Shown here piece after piece: positions 26,856-39,733 of a stretch of 64,000 nucleotides of DNA. The DNA is from Eledone cirrhosa (taxonomy: Eukaryota), in contig OZ024756.1 in assembly GCA_964016885.1 (NCBI GenBank), positions 39,928,001-39,992,000 of the forward strand, given 5' to 3'. Position 1 is the stretch's first letter. Each line of letters starts with the position of its first letter. Under the pieces are notes generated by a model. The model was not told where the DNA came from. It saw only the letters and a list, made by a program, of their open reading frames with translations, and did no database searches. Both the position numbers and the translations under genes were made by a program.

Positions 26856-27617
26856 TAGAGAGTTTGAACAAAACACCACAAAGAAATGTCCAATGCTCTA
26901 ACAATCGTTTCCCCAAGAGAAAATGTAAGTCAGATTTATCTTCCAGTGGTTGCATGCAAGGTGCATACATACATCTAGTGGAACAGCGATGTTACCTCTT
27001 GCAACTGGTAGTATTTGAGAGAATGGTTTGCAGGCGGAATGCAGAGCTACCAACCTCTAAAAACCCAAACGGGGAGTACCGTGAAAAAAAAGTACCCCAA
27101 AACGGGGAGAAATGAGGCAAATTGCGGATATTTTACGTAATAAAAGCTATACCCATTTTCACAAGAGAAGACATCTCTCACTCACCTCAAATTGTTTGGG
27201 AGATCTCCCCCGTCGGAAGGGGACATTTACCCGTTGACAGGTCTGGCAATGACCTCCAGATGTAACAATACTAACCCAGATAATGTTTATATATTCAAGA
27301 AAGTGTTAGAAAGAAATGTGCATTCCATCATAGTTAACAAGAAAAATGTCTGTAATGCGGACGAAAATCGGTTGAACGTCCGAAGACTGAAGAACGCTGT
27401 CTAACGAAACATACCATACAGATAATATAAACTTCGTAGTTGTTACATTTTAGTTAAATGTTAATCTAACTTAATACTTATTAACAGATGATTAAAGAAC
27501 TTTAAAAAAAACAGCTGAGCACATACAGAAGCATGTACAGAAGTAGAAAATTGAAAAACATCGAATTTTGGACATTACAAACAAATTTTCCATAGATAGA
27601 CACATTATCTGACTTGT

Positions 27618-27653
<36 letters not shown>

Positions 27654-27752
27654 CAGGGTGTCTCCAAAACTCTATACACACTTTGATTACCTGTACAGGC
27701 AATATTTATTAGAATGCACAGTCTTTGTGTATACATATTGGGGGGCACCCTG
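27654..27752. mobile_element. Tc1/mariner-type MITE
   Basis: TA|CAGGGTG..CACCCTG|TA with tatacaca/tgtgtata internal TIR. Confidence 0.75.
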
Positions 27753-27836
27753 TATGTATAGATAGATAGATTGTAGCCTGTATAAAGCTGATTTATGATT
27801 GAAATGATTTTTATTTAAATCCACTTTCATGATATA

Positions 27837-27922
27837 CAGAGTGTCCCTAAATCATGTATACACACTGATTCCGTAGAGGCAATATTTATTAGAATGGTGT
27901 ATACAATTTTGGGGACACCCTC
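27837..27922. mobile_element. Tc1/mariner-type MITE, same family
   Basis: cagagtgtccc..gggacaccctc, TA flanks. Confidence 0.7.
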
Positions 27923-27957
27923 TATATATACATCCACAGTATTTGTTCACCGTGTAG

Positions 27958-28142
27958 GGCGGTGGATTGGCAGTATCGGTAGAGGGTCGGACGCCATGCT
28001 TTCAAGCATAGTTACGTCCCTTTACGATCTGAGTTCAAATCCCGCCGAGGTTGACTTTGCCTTTCATCCTTACGGGGTCGATAAAATAAAGTACCAGTAA
28101 TGCACTGGGTAATTGCTGGCCTTGTGCCTAAAGTAGAAACAA
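27958..28142 (+). mobile_element. SINE group 1
   Basis: Near-consensus copy. Confidence 0.9.
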
Positions 28143-28649
28143 GTATTTGTTCAAGTTCTCAGTGCCTCGACTTCAAACCCCACCCTTCCTGGGTCTATTA
28201 AAATAAAGTTCAGGATGGTGGATTAGTGATATTAGGAAATACCTTGTGGTAATTATTCCGGCTCTTTGCTTTCTGAGTTTCTGTGTGTGAGGAAGACTTA
28301 ATCCCTCACCAAATCTAAGACCACGCATAATAAGCAATTATGTACCTTCATTAAAAACATCAATTTTTCTTGATGTAAATATATGCAAATGATTGATTTT
28401 TGTTACTCGTCAAACCAGTGCAGTGGATTGCATCATACCATACCATGCCATTAATGCGTTTATTTTAACTAAGTATGTGTGTCCCTAGCAAGTTAATTCA
28501 ACATTGTACACCTTGGTATAAAACTGTCTGTTTTTTAGGTGCAACTGTTCAGCCCGAGAAGTTTTATATTCAACTCCACTGGTAGTTGTTCTTGGAAGGG
28601 TGCTGTCTTTTAGTATCAACTAATGTGAAGTATAAAAGCAACAAAGTGA

Positions 28650-28757
28650 CAGCGTCGTTAGAACGTTGAATAAAATGCTTTGCGGTATTCCTTCAGGGTC
28701 TTTTGCATTCTCTGAGTTCAAATCCAGTCGAAGTCAACTTTGCTTTTCATCCTTTCA
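28650..28757 (+). mobile_element. SINE group 1, older and 3'-truncated
   Basis: gagttcaaatccagtcgaagtcaactttgcttttcatcc. Confidence 0.65.
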
Positions 28758-28762
28758 AGTAT

Positions 28763-29472
28763 CAACCCCGTCGAGTTACGACAGTAGCAACCCCGTCGAG
28801 TTACGACAGTAGCAACGCCGTCGAGTTACGACAGTAGCAACGCCGTCGAGTTACGACAGTAGCAACCCCGTCGAGTTACGACAGTAGCAACCCCGTCGAG
28901 TTACGACAGTAGCAACCCCGTCGAGTTACGACAATAGCAACCCCGTCGAGTTACGACAGTAGCAACCCCGTCGAGTTACGACAGTAGCAACCCCGTCGAG
29001 TTACGACAGTAGCAACCCCGTCGAGTTACGACAGTAGCAACCCCGTCGAGTTACGACAGTAGCAACCCCGTCGAGTTACGACAGTAGCAACCCCGTCGAG
29101 TTACGACAGTAGCAACCCCGTCGAGTTACGACAGTAGCAACCCCGTCGAGTTACGACAGTAGCAACCCCGTCGAGTTACGACAGTAGCAACCCCGTCGAG
29201 TTACGACAGTACCAACCCCGTCGAGTTACGACAGTAGCAACCCCGTCGAGTTACGACAGTAGCAACCCCGTCGAGTTACGACAGTAGCAACCCCGTCGAG
29301 TTACGACAGTAGCAACCCCGTCGAGTTACGACAGTACCAACCTCGTCGAGTTACGACAGTACCAACCTCGTCGAGTTACGACAGTAGCAACCCCGTCGAG
29401 TTACGACAGTAGCAACCCCGTCGAGTTACGACAGTAGCAACCCCGTCGAGTTACGACAGTAGCAACCCCGTC
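28763..29472. repeat. 25-bp minisatellite, about 28 copies
   Basis: caaccccgtcgagttacgacagtag. Confidence 0.95.
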
Positions 29473-30876
29473 AAATTAAGATGGGATTAGCAAAATACTG
29501 AATGTTATTGTTTAACCCAAAGTGAATAAAGACATTCCAGAAACGACCATCCCATTTCTATTTTCAAACAGAATACACCCCAGATGAGATTATACAATGT
29601 ATCATTTGAACAAAAGATAGTGTGGGATTTGAGGAAAGTTTGGCTGCTATCTCTAGCAGGTACAGCAATAGCACAGAGCCTATCATGTCATTTAATACAG
29701 AGATGTACTCGATTCTGTCTTAATAACCATTCTTATGGAGCCATATAATTGTTGAGTTAATATCATCTTTACACAAGCTGTGTGTGTGTGAATGTGTGTG
29801 AGAATGAGTGTGTGTATACTTAGGTAGGTGTGTGTGTGTGAATGTGTGCGAGAATGAGTGTGTATATACTTAGGTAGGTGAATGTGTGAGAATGAGTGTG
29901 TGTATACTTAGGTAGGCCTGTGTGTGTGTATACTTAGGTAGGTGTGTGTGTGAGAATGAGTGTGTGTATACTTAGGTAGGTGTGTGAATGTGTGTGAGAA
30001 TGAGTGTGTGTATACTTAGGTAGGTGTGTGTGTGTATACTTAGGTAGGTAATTATGTCTGTGTGTGTTTTCATCCTTAACATCAATCTATGTCCTCACTG
30101 AGAACATATTTCACTAGCTGACCGCTTTCATTCATTCAGTAGCTTCCTCTAATTAACTTTTTCAGAACTAATTATATAACTAATTAGCTAGTTTATGTTA
30201 TTTCCTCTCTGAAGACAAACAGTTAACTCTATATTTTCATGTATTGTTGCTTTCTTTCATGACTTAGTCAAAAGAAAGCGCAGTCCTTATTATTCTTTTC
30301 AGGGACTCCAAGATTAGTGGGGAAGGAGAGAAGGGATCCTGATATCTGTTAAGGTACACCAAGATTAGTTGGAGAGAGAGAACAACAGGTCCTCAAATCT
30401 GTCCCAAATCTTTCAGCAAAGTGGATTCATGTAGAGGCACCCAAATGACCAAGTAAGGGTGATAAACTGACCGACAGATTAAAATCTGCCTCTCAATGAC
30501 CAGATAGGGGTGATAAACTGACCCGACAGATTAAAATCTGCCTCTCAATGACCAGATAGGGGTGATAAACTGTCCCGACAGACAAAAGCCTACAACCCAA
30601 GGACCAGCTAGTTGAGTTTAACCGGGGTGTCAGATTAAGTCTACCACTCAAGTAGGCAACTGTGTAATTTGAAATCAGAAGAGAAAGAGTTGAAACAAAT
30701 ACCACAAGGCAGTGATGTCCAAAGATGCTGCCAGTTCTCCTCCTTAGATTGGTTCTGCTTTTATTGACCTCAGAAAGATGAAAAGTAAGTTTTAATTTTG
30801 ACGGAATTTCAACTGAGAATGCAAACAGCAGGAATAGAGGTTATTAAGTGAGTGGAAACCGAGGTGAAATGTGAAG

Positions 30877-31022
30877 GTTGTGAGATACGGTTGGGTCAAC
30901 CCAACATCACTCTGTTGTGAGATACGGTTGGGTCAACCCAACATCACTCTGTTGTGAGATACGGTTGGGTCAACCCAACATCACTCTGTTGTGTGATACG
31001 GTTGGGTCAATCCAACATCACA
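30877..31022. repeat. 37-bp hairpin-forming tandem repeat, 4 copies
   Basis: gttgtgagatacggttgggtcaacccaacatcactct. Confidence 0.9.
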
Positions 31023-31484
31023 AGAGATAAGAAGTCAAAACCAGTGGCTTGAATTCTTGAGTTGCTAGAAATAATAGTAGCCTCAAACCTTTCCTTTAAA
31101 CCATACACATCTTAACAGGGGGGGGGGGGGGGGTTGACTCAGTACGTTATGTCTTAATACAAGGATGGGGTGGGTATAATTACCATCATCACCTCCACCA
31201 TCAGCATTATCATCAACAACTATAGCAGTAATAGTAGTGAATTAATTTGAACAACAACAACACATATTTCAATGAAAAAATATAAGTAATAATTATACGT
31301 TTCACTGTATTAATTATACTAATGAGGAAAGGATGGTTGTATTGTGCGTGTAAGTTAATTAGTGGAATGTAACGGTCCTTAGTTTAGCTCTAACTGTTGG
31401 TGATACGTCAGAAGTGATGTCCATTATTTCATGAAGAAATATACAGTTGGTGAGTTGATCTGTAGCTCTTCTTTTAAGACACTT

Positions 31485-31720
31485 TGGGTCATCGTTGACC
31501 AGATAATTGAAGGTCCCCTCTCGGTTATAACTGACCAGATAATAAAAGGTCTCCTCTCGGTTATAACTGACCAGATAATAAAAGGTCCCCTCTCGGTTAT
31601 AACTGACCAGATAATAAAAGGTCCCCTCTCGGTTATAGCTGACCAGATAATTGAAGGTCCTCTTTGGGTCATAGCTGACCAGGTCGTTGAAGGTCCCCCT
31701 TCAGTCATAAGCTGACCAGT
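31485..31720. repeat. 36-bp tandem repeat, about 6 copies, adjoining a SINE tail remnant
   Basis: ctgaccagataataaaaggtcccctctcggttataa. Confidence 0.85.
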
Positions 31721-31810
31721 TATCATCTGGAAGGTTCTTTTCTGAGGCAGATGACTGGACAAAGTGTTTGTAGAATACCAGCAGTTGCCTGGCTCTCCTC
31801 CCCTCAACAC

Positions 31811-31814
<4 letters not shown>

Positions 31815-31857
<43 letters not shown>

Positions 31858-32523
31858 TATATGTGTATATACATATACACATATATATATGTATATATAC
31901 ATATACACATATATATATGTATATATACATATACACATATATATATGTATATATACATATACACATATATATATGTATATATACATATACACATATATAT
32001 ATGTATATATACATATACACATATATATATACATATATACATATACACATATATATGTATATATACACATATATATGTATATATACATATACACATATAT
32101 ATGTATATATACATATACACATATACACTATATATATGTATATATACACACACATATATGTATATATACACACACATATATACACTATATATATGTATAT
32201 ATACACACATATATACACTATATATATGTATATATACACACATATATACACTATATATATGTATATATACACACACATATATACACTATATATATGTATA
32301 TATACACACACATATATATGTATATATACACACACATATATATATGTATATATACACACATATATACACTATATATATATATATATACACACACATATAT
32401 ACACTATATATATGTATATATACACACACACTATATATATGTATATATACACACACACATATATATATATATATACACACATACACTATATATATATATA
32501 TACACACATACACTATATATATG

Positions 32524-32555
<32 letters not shown>

Positions 32556-32570
32556 TACACTATATATATG

Positions 32571-32637
<67 letters not shown>

Positions 32638-32644
32638 TATACAC

Positions 32645-32714
<70 letters not shown>

Positions 32715-32718
32715 TATA

Positions 32719-32803
<85 letters not shown>

Positions 32804-32889
32804 TTTACGATGTCCTTCCAAGTGAAAGGTAAATGACAAAACAGCTTGATACCAATGACGTCATTACTCATATATACACTATATACACA

Positions 32890-32939
<50 letters not shown>

Positions 32940-33075
32940 ACGATGATGATGATTGTGGCTAGTTGAAGTAACAAGTATTCATAAGCTGTCTCCCTCCCAC
33001 ATAAATATATTGTGTTGACAGAATGTCATCAACAAACAGCTGGGACAATACAGCTATCTATAGCGTAGTATTGAC

Positions 33076-33114
<39 letters not shown>

Positions 33115-33650
33115 ATGTGTGTATATATATATATATATGTGTGTATATATATGTGTGTATATATATATATATATGTGTGTATATATATATATGTGTGTAT
33201 ATATATATATGTGTGTATATATATATATGTGTGTATATATATATATGTGTATATATATATATATGTGTATATATATATATATATGTGTGTATATATATAT
33301 ATATATATGTGTGTATATATATATATATGTGTATATATATATATATATGTGTATATATATATATATATGTGTATATATATATATATATATGTGTATATAT
33401 ATATATATATGTGTGTATATATATATATGTATGTGTGTATATATATATATATATGTGTGTATATATATATATATATGTGTGTATATATATATATATATGT
33501 GTGTATATATATATATATATGTGTGTATATACATACATACACATATATATATATATACATATATGTGTGTATATACATACATACACATATATATATATAT
33601 ACACATATATACACATATATATATACACATATATACATATATATAAATAC
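31815..33650. repeat. Two long compound (TA)n/(CA)n/(TG)n tracts
   Basis: 31815-32935 and 33077-33650. Confidence 0.95.
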
Positions 33651-33970
33651 ATATGTCTGTATCTGCGTGGTGGTGAGGAAGACGAAAGTGTGTATATGCT
33701 GGAGGTGTGTGAGAGAGAGGGAGGGAGTTCTCTTGGGAAGAGTCCAAGTGTATTTTACCCCCACGCACTTCTCTGGAAGTAGCCACCTGACCATACCATA
33801 TTGGTTTTGCTATCAATCACTCACTAACTTCGACCTCTTCACCCCCCCCCCCACACACACACACATCAATACCTCCACACACTTCCCCACTGCCTCTTAC
33901 TACTACTATTTGTTTAATCCTCACCATCTCCAGATCTAAACATTGTGATCATTGACTTCTCTCACCGTTT

Positions 33971-34013
<43 letters not shown>

Positions 34014-34147
34014 GGAAACCATTCGTGTACATGTAACATAATATATATTTATATATGTATGTAAAAGGTAAACAGAAATAACAACACAATCAGTACAGTA
34101 CATGGAAGGGATATATTAGGTTAACGCTTGATATAGTAGGAAGAGGG

Positions 34148-34183
34148 TCTTAACGTTTCGGACGCTAGTCCTTCATCAGAAGA
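34148..34183 (-). ncRNA. Minimal hammerhead (family F), intact core
   Basis: tctt-CTGATGA-a ggac tagc gtcc-GAAACGTT-aaga within element of about 34058-34300. Confidence 0.75.
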
Positions 34184-34336
34184 AAGATTGAGAAATAAGA
34201 TAGATTGATGGGACGGGCAGGGTGGAATTGGAAAAAAATGTCTTTAGATAAAAATAACAGGTCCATTCACACAAGATAAGAACTTAAAATAAAAATACAA
34301 TTAATGTAGTTAGAATGTTTCAAGAAAGAATCGCTG

Positions 34337-35160
34337 GATAGATCTGTAGCTGGGAGATGAAAGAGTCACTCCAGATAGATCTGTAGCTCGGAGATGAAAG
34401 AGTTACTCCAGATAGATCTGTAGCTGGGAGATGAAAGAGTCACTCCAGATAGATCTGTAGCTCAGAGATGAAAGAGTCACTCCAGATAGATCTGTAGCTC
34501 GGAGATGAAAGAGTCACTCCAGATAGATCTGTAGCTCGGAGATGAAAGAGTCACTCCAGATAGATCTGTAGCTCGGAGATGAAAGAGTCACTCCAGATAG
34601 ATCTGTAGCTCGGAGATGAAAGAGTTACTCCAGATAGATCTGTAGCTCGGAGATGAAAGAGTTACTCCAGATAGATCTGTAGCTGGGAGATGAAAGAGTC
34701 ACTCCAGATAGATCTGTAGCTCGGAGATGAAAGAGTCACTCCAGATAGATCTGTAGCTCGGAGATGAAAGAGTCACTCCAGATAGATCTGTAGCTCGGAG
34801 ATGAAAGAGTCACTCCAGATAGATCTGTAGCTCGGAGATGAAAGAGTCACTCCAGATAGATCTGTAGCTGGGAGATGAAAGAGTCACTCCAAATAGATCT
34901 GTAGCTGGGAGATGAAAGAGTCACTCCAGATAGATCTGTAGCTCGGAGATGAAAGAGTCACTCCAGATAGATCTGTAGCTGGGAGATGAAAGAGTCACTC
35001 CAGATAGATCTGTAGCTCGGAGATGAAAGAGTCACTCCAGATAGATCTGTAGCTGGGAGATGAAAGAGTCACTCCAGATAGATCTGTAGCTCGGAGATGA
35101 AAGAGTCACTCCAGATAGATCTGTAGCTCGGAGATGAAAGAGTTACTCCAGATAGATCTG
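34337..35160. repeat. 37-bp minisatellite, about 22 copies, derived from RTE ORF sequence
   Basis: gatagatctgtagctcggagatgaaagagtcactcca; the last unit continues into the RTE fragment. Confidence 0.95.
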
Positions 35161-35450
35161 CTACTTCTCCGAATTGAGAGATCACAGCTCCGATACTATG
35201 GACATGTAGTTAGAATGTCTCAGGAAAGAATCACTGGAGAGATTTTACGGGCAAAACAAACTGGCAGGTGACCCAGAGGCAGACCCCGAGAGCAAGATGG
35301 CTGGATAACATTCACGAGCTTGTTTGGTCTCACTTGGGGATCTAGCCAGATCAGTTGGAGATGGTTGCTTCTGACAGGACCTGTTGGAAGGAGTGTTTGA
35401 GGAGGACTCTGCCCCCACGACCTTCTCAAGAATAAGTGGGTGAAGAATAA
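35123..35450 (+). mobile_element. RTE-clade LINE 3' fragment
   Basis: LLRIERSQLRYYGHVVRMSQERI.. Confidence 0.85.
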
Positions 35451-35579
35451 GAAGACTGTCTCAAATACAGCGGCTCAACAGGCTGTAGGTTATCTCTGTT
35501 GAGCTACAGAAAGTACTAGATGGTGTATCAAGTCATCGCAGGGTTATACTCCCACTCCTTTCTCCCTATCTGTTGCTGC

Positions 35580-35730
35580 TGATACTCATTTATTTTCTTT
35601 CAGCTGAGTGGATTGGAGCAAGGTAAAATAAAGTGACTTGTTCAAGGACACAATGCACCATCTGCCCCAAGAATCGACCCCTCCCCCCTACTTTATACTC
35701 GTGTTCAGAACTATTAAACCACGCACCTTC
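35580..35730 (-). mobile_element. CORE-type SINE, degenerate
   Basis: cagctgagtggattggagcaa..cttgttcaaggacac. Confidence 0.65.
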
Positions 35731-36427
35731 GTTTAAATAAACGCCAGAGGCGACATAATTACTTCACATACTTACATATCGTTAACGAAAATAACTTTAT
35801 ACATAAATGTGACCTAATTCATATAAATATTTGTATTGCACAGACACACAGACACACACACAGGCACACACAGACACACACAGACACACACACACATATA
35901 TATATATGGTTTGCCTGTGTGTCTGTCTGTGTATATGTAATATGAAGACACACACACACTGACACATACACATACATTTATATACATACAAATATATTTC
36001 CCTTCTTCCAGGTATTTCAGTTCCAAGTAATCTGTTCCATTCTCACCTGCCACTTAAGACACCATCCCCACCATCACTGTACTACTTACACCACCACTAC
36101 CCCACACCATCACTGTACTACTAACACCCCCCCCCCCCTCTCCCATCCTAAAGGGATCTAGTCTATTTACAAAGGTATATAAACATAGGTAGGGATTCAG
36201 TAGACATAACTAGACATATGTATTAGATAAGTAGTGATAAATACTCTCCATACACACCTCCCACATACAGAAACACCTCAACACACCTATACACACACAC
36301 ACACCAGCACTGTTTTGTAAAGATAATAAGGGAGATTAAAGTATAGGCAAGTAATATTCATGATGTGGTGGCGGGGAGTGTGTTGTTTACCAACTTAGCA
36401 AGGGGTCACACCGCATATATATATATA

Positions 36428-36767
<340 letters not shown>

Positions 36768-36769
36768 AA

Positions 36770-37062
36770 AGCGAGTGTCTTAGTGGTTAGAGTGTTCGGC
36801 TCACGATCGTAAGGTCGACAGTTCGAATCCCGGCGGTGCGTTATGTCCTTGAGCAAGATATTTTATTTCACGTTGCTCCAGTCTACTCAGCTGGCAACAA
36901 TGAGTTATACCTGTAATTCAACGGGTCACACACAATATGAAACTGAATCTACCTGAGAAATAAGTTACGGGTACACATGTCTGTGGAATACTCAGCCACT
37001 TGAAACTCTAATTTCGAACATGTGGAACACCACTCACCGACGTCATCGACGGAGGTCCTACA
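36770..37062 (+). mobile_element. CORE-type tRNA SINE
   Basis: tagtggttaga..gttcgaatccc..core, with tail ctgagaa..cgacggaggtcc. Confidence 0.8.
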
Positions 37063-37276
37063 ACAATCAGCATTTAGGTCACATTACACAAGTATTCTAA
37101 CCCTCTCCACACGTGCTTCAGACATATACATAACAATGTCACAAGAACTGGATAGAGTCACACTAGACATTCTCAGAGAACAACACGAAAATACACTAAA
37201 AAACTTATTTATAAATGTGTCACTGTATCAACATCGCTTTGACGTGTTTTTTTTTGCCACGCTTGCATGGGTCTGA

Positions 37277-37320
<44 letters not shown>

Positions 37321-37322
<2 letters not shown>

Positions 37323-37505
37323 CGAAGGGGGTGTGGTAAGGAACCAGATGGACCATAACGCACCAGAGTACTCAATTCTTAGGGTAGTAGAGTGGGTAAT
37401 AGGAAAAATGTTTGACCCCGACGGCAGAGCTCAAGCCGTTTCGACGGCTATTTCATTCCAGAAATAGCCGTCGAAACGGCTTGAGCTCTGCCGTCGGGGT
37501 CAAAC

Positions 37506-37509
<4 letters not shown>
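37321..37509 (-). mobile_element. Family A element with fold-back
   Basis: Palindrome 37404-37509; (TA)n flanks. Confidence 0.75.
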
Positions 37510-37550
<41 letters not shown>

Positions 37551-37677
37551 CCACAAGGAGGAAGTTTATCTCTGCCCCAGGCCCTCATATTACTGATCAG
37601 TAATAGTGAAACATGACATACCATGGTCAGCGTTGGTTACTGGGGTGTGTATGTATGTATGTATATATATATGTATG

Positions 37678-38286
37678 TCAGGTCACCAGTTGGTGCTACT
37701 GGTAACATGTATTCCAGTACAACCTGTCCCATGGTCGGGTCGTTGGCGACTAAACTGGCAACCCCACCAAGGTTTCTTGGTGAGGAGGGTGACTTTGGAC
37801 ATCCTGCAGGACTAAAAACAAAACCTGTCAAAAGGCAAAGGAGCTCTTAAGAGTCAATGGCCATCCAAAATCACCGGGAGAGATGACCCCTTAGCCTTTG
37901 TCAAGGCAGAATTCTAGGAGAAGGAAAACTCTGATATAACACCTGCAACCCTGATGGTATCCAATGATGTTGACTTGTTCTTCTTTTTGGTAAATATCAT
38001 CTTGGTTAAGAGAGTGGGACTGGCTTTGTGCAGTGCCTTTGCTCACTATAAAAGCTTCACGGCACAGGCATTGCTTTATATCTGGAGATCTCTCTGCATT
38101 TGTCGTCACATGGTACCATGGGCCCAGCACTATGTGTCAATAATTGTCACAAGTGTAGTGTTTGTACCAGAGCTTTCAAGTCGCTGGCTGGACTAAAAAG
38201 TCACACTCGTTCAGTGCATCAGTAGGGGTTCTCCTACATGGATATAAAGTAGTGGCCGTACTCGAAAACGAGTTGGCAGCCACCAT
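37678..38286 (+). mobile_element. Bipartite RTE-derived non-autonomous element
   Basis: Structured RTE-like 5' region plus C-terminal zinc finger CSVCTRAFKSLAGLKSHTRSVH and ctcgaaaacgag 3' hairpin; copies at 41573 and 52830. Confidence 0.7.
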
Positions 38287-38434
38287 ATATATATAAATAT
38301 ATCTATATATATATATATATACATACATACAAATATATACCTGTGAGTACACAACTAATCTATAAACTTGATTAGTAAATTGATACACAGACACATACAA
38401 ATATACGTATATATAGTCTTGTGCCTGAAGTAGA

Positions 38435-38492
<58 letters not shown>

Positions 38493-38544
38493 TTTACTTT
38501 GCACACAAAAAAATATATATATATATTGTGTGTGTCTGTGAGAG

Positions 38545-38697
38545 TCCCGGGTTGAGTCGGGGGTAACCACAGTAAGTAAGGTACTCAATACATTAGTAGT
38601 GTTTAAACATCAAATTTAATATAGAAATGGCTTCTACAGGACTAGAACTGTTTCATTCGAAAGAAATGATGATTTCTTTCGAATGAAACTGTTCTAC
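38545..38697 (-). mobile_element. Family B element with fold-back
   Basis: Junction gaaatgatgatttc. Confidence 0.7.
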
Positions 38698-38758
38698 GCC
38701 CAAATATCGAGGAGTACTTTGGTGTGTTATGGTCCAGCTTGTATCTTACAACACCCTA

Positions 38759-38812
<54 letters not shown>

Positions 38813-39298
38813 CCCAGTAACCAACGCCGACCATGGTATGTCATGTTTCACTATTACTGATCAGTAATATGAGGGCCTGGGGCAGAGATAAACTTCCTCC
38901 TTGTGGATTTCTATGTCTACTTCGCCTTTATTGACTTGTTTTTCAATTCAATTCCCTCCACGTAAAATACAAGATACCATCTCGGTTTCCAACGTCGACA
39001 CCACCACACATACACGCATGTATGCCCACAAAAACATCTATGTATATACACATATGTATGTGTGTGTGTGTACACATGCATATACAAATTTAAGGTTACA
39101 TAAACATGTATGTATATATGTATATAAATATATACTCATGCACACACAAATTGATGCCTACATAAACATGTAGGTATATATGTATATAAATATATACTCA
39201 TGCACACACAAATTGATGCCTACATAAACATGTAGGTATATATGTATATAAATATATACTCATGTACACACAAATGTATGGCTACATAAACATGTATG

Positions 39299-39357
<59 letters not shown>

Positions 39358-39416
39358 TTATATATACACATGCACACACAAATTTATGCCGACATAAACA
39401 TGTATGTATGTATATA

Positions 39417-39578
39417 TATTGTTATGCTTTGGGAGGGTAATGTTGCCAATAAGAAACACACGCACCAGTTGCTTTCACTCCAATTTATTATAAATTAAAT
39501 TTATAGTAAATTGGAGTGAAAGCAACTTAAGCGTGTGTTTCTTATTGGCAACATGACCCTCCCAAAGCATAACAATAT
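39417..39578. mobile_element. Palindromic PLE-like element, family G-like terminus
   Basis: Arms of about 80 bp; end atgaccctcccaaagcataacaata shared with 44984-45008. Confidence 0.7.
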
Positions 39579-39632
39579 CGGTTTCAACACACGTTTTCAG
39601 ATAAAGAATCGTGCTAAACAAATTCAGAAACG

Positions 39633-39733
<101 letters not shown>

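Noticed and set aside
27958-28050. SINE heads as tRNA genes
   Set aside because: A/B-box-like motifs are present, but there is no cloverleaf and all copies continue into a SINE core
28763-29472. CRISPR-like appearance of the tandem arrays (also 34337 and 50646)
   Set aside because: Head-to-tail units with no unique spacers, no cas genes and a eukaryotic context
31424-33939. 200-360 aa YI/HT/CV ORFs
   Set aside because: Translations of dinucleotide microsatellites
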